A stretch of 64,000 bases of DNA, taken from positions 10,974,001 to 11,038,000 of the forward strand of contig CM120645.1 in NCBI GenBank assembly GCA_051362555.1. Direction: 5' to 3'. Origin of the DNA: Lingula anatina. Its lineage: Eukaryota; Animalia; Brachiopoda. Under the pieces are notes generated by a model. It worked only from the letters and a program-made list of their open reading frames with translations, ran no database searches and had not been told where the DNA came from. Made by a program: the position numbers and the translations under genes. Of the stretch, positions 27,792 to 37,988 are shown piece by piece; position 1 is the first letter of the stretch; the number at the start of each line of letters is the position of its first letter.

Positions 27792-30700
27792 ATGCACCCA
27801 GGATTCCCAATAGCAGCGGTTTTTCTAGGTTGCTGTAGCAACGTAGTCGTCTTGGAATATCTTGTCAGGTTAGTTTACAAAGGTGTATACTGAAGGATGA
27901 ATCATGAAAAATATTAAGAATAAATTTTGTTTTTATAAATTACAGAGAACTTGTTGTGCAAAACTTAAATTGAAAGACTTTAAATGAAAAGTCTTCAGTA
28001 GACACGATTTCTACTTAAGATAGGATTCATGATTGTCATCTTTTAAAAATTAGTTTTGTATGACTACATAAAACCCAGTATTTAGCATGTAGCCAGTTTA
28101 GGTGAAAATTCGTTTACTAGCACAACTGTGTAAGGTACGTGTATCTGACATGGGTCACACTAATATCTGCAACACTGTGCAGTACACTTGAGAAAACGAC
28201 TCTTGGTGTGAGAAAACATGTGAAATGGTCATTTACAAGAAAATAGGGTGTAAAAGCGAAACATATTATTACAAGGTTATATTTTTATCCAACTTGACAA
28301 AATTCTGTGATTTGTTTATAAACTGTCAGGTCATCCGCCATATTGACCACTCAAGAAGATATAGGAAGTGGCTCTTCTAAGTTCTTTGTAATATAGCAAT
28401 GAGCTGACATGAATCATCCTCATTTGTTGAATTTGATCAACAACAGTTCTTAAAATCAGACTATTATCCTGTGAATGACCATTTTTGTATTTACCTGCAT
28501 CTGGAGTTGATTTCTCTAGTGATATCAACAGAGCCATAAGTAAGGTGAGATCCATCTGCTTGTCTACTAGTCATGGCACAGTGAAAACATACACACACTA
28601 TTGCGAGGGCAATGACCATGACAGACAAACTTCTAAATGTGAGAAGAACCACAGAGATCATTTCCTGCAAGCTGGCCATTTCTTTTTAACTATCCACTTC
28701 AACTTCCATTGTATGTACACTATTCTGCACAGTATGTTGCTTCTTGGCTAGTAAAGATTTGCATCATTATTTGAGTTACCTCACCCATTCAGAAGTCCGC
28801 ATTTGGTTTTCTTTTTATGGGTACTTAATTTTATGGCAGACAATAACTGGAAGACAAGCAAGCAAATCTAACCTTACTCTTGTTCAGGGTGTTAGCCAGC
28901 ACACCAAGTGTCTTTTTCAGGACATGGAATATAAAATATAACATGTTGTATTAGCCCAATTAACATGGCTTCAGTGGAAAATTTTCATCATTTTTGTTGT
29001 GTTCTGTTCCAGGGAGTTTCCAGGCAGTGGGAATATTGTCACATTTTCTCAGTTTCTGTTTATTGCATTGGAAGGGTTTATATTTCATGCTGATTTTGGG
29101 CGAAGAAAGCCTGTTGTCCCTATAAGGCAAGTATTTATATGGAAGAGTTTTAAAGGCTGTTTGAATATTCCTTAAAAGCACTTACAAATATGTTATAAAC
29201 TTAACAGTGAAAAATTGTCTTATGATATACAAGTATTGGATTGTGTAATTATAGATCCTTAACTATAAATTTCACATTGCTATTGTCAAAAGAATCTTAA
29301 TACTGAAAACAGCAAAGAAAACTCCACTCTATAATTTTTAAGTCAAATTGATGACAAATTGCCTAAAAATAATAAAAGTAAAAATATTTGATGCTGATTT
29401 TGTTAAGAGTTTTAATTTTATTTAATTGTTTTAATATCTGCCTCCCATTTTGATTCATCAGTAGCCATAATTAGTCTATTGCAACTGTATTGTACAAGTA
29501 CAATTGTAGAACGGAGATATTTGTAAATGCCTTTCATTTGCTGTTTGTTTATCTAAGTGGAAAAAAAAAAAACGATGAAGTAAACCATATCACAATGCTA
29601 TATTGATTTAATACTTTAAAAGATTAATGTATTTCTATTTTTTCCTAGACATTATGTCTTTTTGACCATGATGTATCTTTGTGCTGTTGCTCTGCAAAAC
29701 GTACTGCTCTTTTTACAAGTGTCCATCCCATTACAAATTCTCATTAGATCGGTGAGTCGAGCAGTGAAAAGAAGGGGTCACTTTCGTCCCTGGATGTTGC
29801 CCATTCTGTTGTTGTTGTTGTGCAGTTTATTTTGCCTGCTGTAGTATTGCAAGCATTACAGAAGTGAATTGGGTACATTGAAATTTATTAACTAGTCCGT
29901 TTATACACCTCCACCCCACCCACCCCCCTTTCCACCCTCACACAAAATCTGGCGATCTCATTTGACACTCCAGTTTCGAAAATATTTTACTGTTCATTTT
30001 TACCACTGAAAATTTATCCTTATCACATTTTGTATCAATTGAAAATTTCACCTTTGTAAAATTGTCCAAGTCACTTCTGTTTGTAGTGACAACTTATACC
30101 AAAATTTGTACTGTTTACAAGACACTAAACGAAATCCAAAGCCATTGCACTTGTATTGAGAAACAGTATGTTTTCCAAAGCAAGAGCAAATTGTTATTCA
30201 CAAGAATTGGGAAAAAAATTTATCCAGATCATTCAAGTATGCCATAACATGGTTTTTATGATTTATTTAAAGCTAGCCAAATTGTGACATTCAAAATATT
30301 TAAATATATCATTTTTGTGAAAAACATTTATTAAAATGATGTTGTAGACAATGTTCTTACTATATTTATATTCTTGGCTTGCAGAAAACTTGAATTATTA
30401 ACCCCACATTTCAGTTTTTATGGTTTAATTTCCGTTGCTTTATAACAAATGCTTTTCTTTCTATTTATTTTCTAATATTTTTTCCATATATGCAGACATT
30501 ATGTTGTCATGGTGACAATTTTCTTTGTGGTACAAGTTGTGAATAACCTAGTCTTAGGCTTCAACATCTCCATGCCATTACACATGATTTTCCGTTCGGT
30601 AAGTTTTGCCACTCAAAGCAGGGGCTGTGTTCACATGGGATGCCAAATGCTGCACACTCAGCTTCAGTTAGCCATCTTCCAGACATAATCCAACACCATT

Positions 30701-33700
30701 ACCAGACATGTTTCACCAAAGTGGCTGAAATGTGCTTTAAAAATGCCTTTATTTTTTATTTTTTATTTTTATTTTTTGTAACTCGGAGCTTTTAACTCTT
30801 CAGAGAAGTGCCATGTCTGTTTTATTCTAAAACTGGTTTTTTTATTTTTTTTATTTTTTTTTTAATCCTCTGGACCACTGTTTATAATTTTATATTTGCT
30901 ATGACAGTAACAGCATGCTGCTAATCGTCTAGCCAGTTAGGTGCAATTGAAATTTTTAGGGCACAATTTTAGTCCATTATTTTGGCTGGTTTGGTGAAAT
31001 GTACTTGACAAATGGTGTGTAATGATCTGGTGAACTTGTTGAACATTGCAATCCAGTCTTGACTATCGCACAGCTTAGGCAGGCATTGTGAGGTGTCCAG
31101 ACAGTGAAAGTTATGTCTTTGGTAGCATTGCTTATAACAAAATAATATCATTATTTGTTTCTTTGCTGGCAGACATTATGTTGTTATGGTGACAATATTC
31201 TTTATGGTCCAAGTTGTGAATAATCTGACCTATGGGTTCCATGTGTCTGTGCCATTGCACATGATATTCAGATCGGTAAGTGGTTGGGGTTGCAGAAGTA
31301 GCAGAAAAAAAACAAGTGTTAATTAACAATGTGTTATCAGTGTGAAATAGCTTTATAAAAAATATTCAGCAATAGCCATTTTCTAGGAATATACTTCCCA
31401 GAAGCCATTTTCTGATCTTTATAGAAAGGAGTCAAATCTTCGTCTCTGTTTGCCCTTTTACAAATATCATTTTTGGCATGTCTCTGCCGTGGGAGTGAAG
31501 TCTGGTTGCACATGTTTGCTAGTTTTTTTTCTTATTTTTTTAAAACTCTGCTTGATACCCGTGAAAAAAAGGGCTTACTTGGGGCTGTGTTTGTTGTTGG
31601 CATTGTTGCATGAACAATATTTGATCCTTAAAAATTTTTTAAGATGATTTTTTTTTAATTTAACATATTTAATAAAAACATTTTACTCACATTTGAAATC
31701 AGTTTATCTTTTCTTTTATATTATATTTAACTTTAAGTATATAAAAATACCTGATATTTAATATAGTTGTATGTAATTGTAGACAGTCAATACTAATTTT
31801 ATTTTTAAAATAGCTGTTATAACAATCTGGGCTTGTTCTAGCATGATAAAATGCCAAAATATTTCATTCTTTTCATTTTATTATTACGTGATGTTTGTTT
31901 TATCATACTTTTTACTATCAATTTGTTGTTCATGGAAAAAGTGATTTGGCAAATATTTTGAACCACACGGATTAAAGTGTAAAAACATGCTAGATTAAGT
32001 CCTGCTTTTTTACACCTTTAGAGTGCTAGAAATTCACATATGGTTTTTTTTTTTTTTACTTCCAGGGAAGTCTTATAGCAAATTTATTTTTAGGGGTTTT
32101 AATTCTCAAAAAAAGGTGGGTATTTCAAGATCAGGATTTCAAAGATCAATCAACTGATATTTTTTTTAATGTGATCAAGCGTTTTTTGCCTTTTGGTATT
32201 TAGCATATTAACAGTTTTCTTAAAAACATGTAGATTTTATTTATTTTACCAAAATTGAATTTCAGCATTCAGCATTCATTAAAAAAACTAATGAATTACA
32301 AAAAAAAAAGTGATTGAATAACTTTGTTATTTGAATGTATGTTTTGTTTATTCCAGCTATAAACTATCCAAATATTTATCAGTGATTATGATCACAATTG
32401 GTATAGCCATATGCACAATAGCTTCAGCCAAGAAAGTGGTAAGAGTTGTTTTCATTTTTGCCTCACTTCACATTGGTTATGCTTTATATATATTTGTTTG
32501 TTCTTGACAAACCACAAACCCAACTGGAATTGATTTAATTTCAGATTTAAACTTAATTTCTATATATAAGACTGAGGCAGGATAGGGATTTCCTAAAGAT
32601 TGTAAAAAAATATGGAAAGTGGCTGGATTTTGATATTTTTGTAGTGTCCAGGGAGTATTTGAGGGTAAATTCACAGAAAAGTGAGGATTTTTCTTTCCTT
32701 TTGCATCCCTCATTTCTGAGATGAGTTTAGTTTCATTTCATCCTGACTTAATAATTTGATGGGTTTTTTCGCCTCCAGAAATCAGAGCACCTTGACGACG
32801 GCAGCGATGGCATGTACGACCTGTTCATCTGGATAATTGGCATCAGTGGGCTGACCTTTGCCCTCCTCATGTCAGCCAGGATGGGCATTTACCAGGAAAC
32901 CATATATGCCAGGTTTGGAAAACACCCCAAGGAAGCTTTATTCTATAATGTACGTATTGCCAGTAGCTTGGAAGTAAGGCCCCATTCAGAATAGGGGACT
33001 AACTAGTCCAAGGGTCAAATATGGAGACCTACTACAAAGCTTGCCGTCTAATCCGCTAATACGCACTGAATAGATACTGTATCCACGTATTCAAGTGGAT
33101 CAACCATATTTGGTCCTCAGACTAGTTAGTCCCCTATTCTGAATGGGGCCTAACACATGCTTGAATATTTGAACATGAGACCCACTTCTGAATGTTTATA
33201 ACCCTTGACAAAAAAAAAGTGAAAAAAAAATCAAAATGATAAAAAGATAATGATCATTTTGATTAGTTTGCATGCAGCGTCATTTTGAAATTGGTTGTCT
33301 TTTCCTTGGAAATAGTTTTAGTTTGATGGCTGTAGACTGAGTGTGTTAAGTTATAGAGTAGCTTTTCATCAACAGTACTATTGCGGATGGTCTAACAATC
33401 TCTGAAAAAATTTTGTGGAAAATATAGCATAAAAAACGTCTAACATTTTTTATACCAAATGGTATTTGGGTCCGTAGATAATTAGATAGACCAACACATT
33501 AACAAAGTTCAGCAAAACGATAAATGAAATTTTATAATAATGTAAATTTTTTGATTGGTAATTTTTGACAGTGTCATTTCCTATTATTTCAGCATGCGCT
33601 TCCTCTACCAGCATTTCTCCTTCTTGGCAAAGATATATATAACCATGCTGTGCTCTTCACAGGTTCTGGTGAGTATAAAGAAAATGTTACAATGTTACTT

Positions 33701-34761
33701 TTTCAAAGGACAAAAATTCTTACAGATTAAGGTATTAGCAAATACTTGTATATATATTCAAGTGTTCTCTAAGGTCTACATACTTCATATTGGTTTTAAA
33801 ACAATTGAATTTGTGTGTAACTTAGGATTTTGGATCAATTTTATTTACTGTATTCATCTCAAAAGCATTTTATTTTTGTAGTATTAAATTACATAAAAAC
33901 TTTTTATCACATTTTATAATGTTTTGTGCAGATTCCATCTTCCCATTTCAGTGTCAGCTACATTTATAATGATCTTTTGAGACACCTAAACATGTCTTGT
34001 TGATGGGTTTTTACATCTTTATTTTCAGAACCCATAGATGTTCCTTACCTGCCAGCTATACCAAGGATGTGGTTCTTCTTGGCTCTAAACGTACTAACAC
34101 AATATCCTTTACATTCAGTCCATGTTTTATATACAACCAGAGACGCCATCTTGGCTAGCAAAGGCCTTTACCATCTGAACCTGATCATGTAGTTGGGTCA
34201 CTCAGACAGCCTTGGTGTTTTAGACTGTGTTCACATAAACCCAGCGTACTAGCTGGATTGATCTAACTCTGCAGGGATTCTCGCTAAATTGCAGTCAGTG
34301 TAAGCGGCTAAATTGTCTGACACACCCCCTTGAGTAATTTAATCACCCCCTAGCAGCTTGAGTAGGCATGCCAGACATAAGCTGCTTACACTGAATGGAA
34401 TTCAGCCAGAATCCCAGCAGAGTTAGATTGATCAAAAAAAGTTAGCAGAAAAGTTGAAAAGCTTTAACTGTATCTTCATGTAGATTTAACCAGTCTTCTT
34501 CATATGAATATCCTTAACGATCTCAAGTATATATGCATCCGTGCGGTGTTCATTCTGACTACGGAGTGCCAGTCCCTGACCGTCACCCTGGTCGTCACTC
34601 TGCGGAAGTTCACCAGTCTCCTCTTCTCTATCATGTACTTCAAAAACCCTTTCACAGTCTACCACTGGGTAGGGACAGTGCTGGTCTTCACTGGGACCAT
34701 GTTATTTGTGGATATTTATAATATTTTGAAGAGTCTGCTTGGAAAGACTAAAGCTGAGTAG
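27792..34761 (+). CDS. SLC35B4: Nucleotide-sugar transporter SLC35B4 (UDP-xylose/UDP-GlcNAc transporter; Drosophila Efr-like), ~326 aa, 9 coding exons
   Basis: Exons: 27792-27868 (MHPGFPIAAVFLGCCSNVVVLEYLV), 29013-29126 (EFPGSGNIVTFSQFLFIALEGF), one of three exon-3 versions, 32066-32115 (GSLIANLFLGVLILKK), 32357-32438, 32779-32949 (ALLMSARMGIYQE..HPKEALFYN), 33593-33668 (HALPLP), 34029-34101, 34527-34761 (YICIRAVFILTTECQSLTVTLVVTLRKF). The total is 981 nt, in frame, and colinear with human SLC35B4 as I recall it. Confidence 0.93.
29649..29751 (+). CDS. SLC35B4: SLC35B4 mutually exclusive exon 3a (divergent)
   Basis: TTTCCTAG|ACATTAT...AGATCG|GTGAGT, 103 nt, encodes HYVFLTMMYLCAVALQNVLLFLQVSIPLQILIRS with no stop or indel. 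Confidence 0.8.
30496..30598 (+). CDS. SLC35B4: SLC35B4 mutually exclusive exon 3b (closest to canonical)
   Basis: TGCAG|ACATTAT...CGTTCG|GTAAGT, 103 nt, encodes HYVVMVTIFFVVQVVNNLVLGFNISMPLHMIFRS. Confidence 0.9.
31173..31275 (+). CDS. SLC35B4: SLC35B4 mutually exclusive exon 3c
   Basis: GGCAG|ACATTAT...AGATCG|GTAAGT, 103 nt, encodes HYVVMVTIFFMVQVVNNLTYGFHVSVPLHMIFRS. Confidence 0.88.
32978..33150. mobile_element. MITE family 1, cleanest copy, in SLC35B4 intron 6
   Basis: TAA|GGCCCCATTCAGAATAGGGGACTAACTAGTC ... GACTAGTTAGTCCCCTATTCTGAATGGGGCC|TAA: a perfect ~31-bp TIR with a TAA TSD. Confidence 0.88.
34102..34526 (+). other. U12-type (minor spliceosome) intron of SLC35B4 with apparent AT-AA termini
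   Basis: Donor ATATCCTTT, branch site TCCTTAAC at 34511-34518. The reading frame (T-Q-Y-I-C) requires CA|..CAA|G. Confidence 0.8.
34240..34434. mobile_element. MITE family 3 variant inside the U12 intron
   Basis: GATTGATCTAACTCTGCAGGGATTCT..CAGTGTAAGCGGC mirrored by GCTGCTTACACTG..AGAATCCCAGCAGAGTTAGATTGATC. Confidence 0.7.
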
Positions 34762-37280
34762 TCGCCTAGTAGAGTAATAGTACAGGCGTGCCCATTGGTT
34801 GAAAAGACACTAAAGTCAGCCTATCAGATGAACTGATACTGACTTGATATCAGGTTTTAGATTTGGCATCATGTTTCGGTACTATAATTCACTTGTTTCA
34901 TAGTACACGTGTTACACACAGGATTTTGGAAGACATATTAGTAAAGTTGGAGGTCTCTACCACATAGAACCACACACCAGTAGAGAAGTTTGATCCCACC
35001 TTGGAGTCTTTGATGTGATAAATGAATAGATTTATAATATTTATATTTTAGTATTATTTATTTTAAGATGAGGTGTCATTATGCTTAGAGTTAATGGGGG
35101 TTACCAATTGTAGGGCCTCAAAGAAATAAGACCAAAGATCACAGATCACAGAAAAATCAGTGGATTGGGTAGCAGTATTATAAACAAGCACGAATCACCT
35201 TTCACAGGACATGGCTTTGGAGTGATACATGGTGTCATGGCAATTAAAATAACATTACGTAGATAAGGAAGAAATAAATTTGGTCAATAACTGGGCATGG
35301 CTTTAACCTCCCCCTTCCCCAGTTAAGTATACTAGGTTGTTCAGCTTTAGGGAATATCTATGCAATAGAAAAATTAATACTGTACCGTAGGCCTCCTTGT
35401 ATTTGTTGGTGAACATTGGTGAAAGAAATCCTTATTATGAATTCTTAGAGAATATCATTCTTATTTATTAAGTTCCTTTGCTGGTGTTATCAATGTCTGT
35501 CAAATCTGCTGTTTAAGTATCACCATAAGGTGGAAATGGTGTCAGTGATTTTTTGTTTAGATCTGACTGATATCAGTGATATGTGTTAAGCTTTAAAGAA
35601 AAGCAAATGTTTGTTTTGTCAGAGATGTTTTTCAAGGAATTAATGATTGTTTATCAAGTCTTTGAGGACATTAGGTAATGTTTGGTACAACTCGAGACTT
35701 TTTTTTTTGGGGGGGGGGGGGTAATTTCCGTCAGTAATGTATTTACTGTCAAACTGCTTGAATTTTTAGTTGAGATTTCTAGATTTTGGAACACAGTGGA
35801 TGGTCTTTATTCAGCAGGATCATACTACACAGAGTAGTAAAGAGGGCAATTGGAGAAAGGGAAAGGTACAAGGTTGATCGCTCTCTGTTTGTAGATTTTT
35901 TTTTAGAAGATTAAGACCTTAGTCTTAGAATGCTTACAAAAAAAAAAAAAAACTTTTGGAAGAAATATGCTTTTGGTTTGAAAGGGAATGGAAAATTCCA
36001 TGATTCCTCAATAATTGATGTGAAATTAAATGATCTGCTTTCCTAAATCCACACTAATGTCGAAACTAGACTATCAATCTTTGCTGACACTTACCTCAAA
36101 TAATCTTATTGTTCATGTATAGAACGAAAATCAGTTATATTTATGAAATTATTTATAGTCTCCTGCAGTATTTTTAACCCTGTATTATTTTAAAAATCAT
36201 TTAAGTGCTGTTTAAGGTCCAATTTGCAAAAGTTGTACTTCAACTTTTTAATAATACATTTATCATACAATACATATTTATTTGCAACTGTTATATGATG
36301 TCATCTTCTTTATAATACGTAAATAGTCCACTTACAAAAGTCATGTACATGCTTTTTCAACAGAAGGCTTGTGGCACAAGTATTTTGTGTGGGTTATCTT
36401 TGATGCATTGGATTTCAGCTGCCCCTTAACTTTGAAAAGTTAAAATTAATGCCTATTAGTGACCATTATGAAATTGCGATGTCATGATTGAAAGAAGGCT
36501 TAGACGACTCTTTATGAAGTTCAGCATATTAAAGGATTTCTGGCTAAGTATTCGATGGCGGTATCTTAGTCACTGAACCAGAAATAAACTTTAGTTTATA
36601 CATTGACATTTGGAATTACACATTGAAGTAGGTTTTTGTATTGATAAATGTTAATAAAATGTCCATAAGAATGAACTTTCGAATTGCCTTTTGTTTGATT
36701 TTGATGATTAAAGTCACTTCCGACCAAAAGCAAACGACCGCCTGATAAAGTTGGAATCTTATTTTGGCCACATAAAGAGATAATGTAATTACAAGGGGGG
36801 GGGGGGGGGGGGGGGGGGCGCGCATAAAAGCACATCAGTCACTCCTGTTATTATTAATAAAATTCATTTATTGATATTTTTTAATTGTCAGCGTTTTAAT
36901 CGAGAAGTGTAAGTCTTTTTCATATGACAAATATATTGCATTACAAAAAAAAAAAAAATGCAAATATATTGTCAGTAAAATGGGGAATTATTGTTATCAT
37001 TGAAGTGAAAATTTCCACGTTATCCCTACTCTTCCAAGAACTATCTGTCACTGCATTTTATTGATTCCCATATTTGATCACGGATTGATAAGGTTGGGAG
37101 AACTGATACCATGATACACCCATAACCTTCAGACTGATAGAACTTGTGTCAATATAGGAGGGACGGCATTTCCTTGTCACACGTATTTAGATAGATAGAT
37201 AGATATAGACCCTATAACTTTCACTGTTGAGCAATGAGCGTTGGACTCATTTGTAAGTGAGGACTCCTTGTAGAAACAAC

Positions 37281-37949
37281 ATGTCTGCCGCGCTGTTCAG
37301 TCTGTGTGTTCTTCTGTTTTGTTTCGAAGAAGGTAAGGGGTGGGGGGCGGAGGGGTGGGGGAGGGGGGCTCTTTATTCCGTGTTTGACACATTCTGTAAC
37401 GTTGAATGACTGGGCGGAGAAGGTTGACGTTTGAAAATATATTTGAAATTTAATGCTATTTATCATTCGTTCACAAAAGTTGTAATTAAGAAATATATAA
37501 TCTATATGATTTAAATGTTGGCGTTTTAATGATTTTTTATTTTTATGTTTATTTCAAAGTAACCGCCATCGCCATTGCTTCTTGCAAAATTTCCACGAAC
37601 CTTAACATGGACTTGAGGAATGCATTGGCTAAGCAATTTGTTCTTCTGTTTTATATATTTAATTACTTTTTTATTCTATCTAACTGTGAACAATGATGGT
37701 GAGTCGGGTCCCTTTTGTTTTAGGCCTAAGCCAGACCCCCCTTGAGACAGGTACCCGGTACGTGACCGGGGCCATACAGACACCGGCGCCCGTAGGGAAA
37801 GGTACCTACGTGGCCAGCCTCTGCAACGCCTTCAAGGGTAAAGATGTTGTTGTAAGCGTAGTGCTCCAGAGAAACCCAGATTGGAACCCGACTTTCGGGG
37901 TGGTCAATTTCACGGTCACTACAGCACCAGTGGCTGGCAACGTGAGTGC

Positions 37950-37988
<39 letters not shown>

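Noticed and set aside
31387-31500. Possible fourth exon-3 copy (TTTTCTAG acceptor; TNIIFGMSLPWE or FWHVSAV fragments)
   Set aside because: No ACATTAT start and no TCG|GT end at 103 nt; the frame from this acceptor hits a stop. Similarity is too weak.
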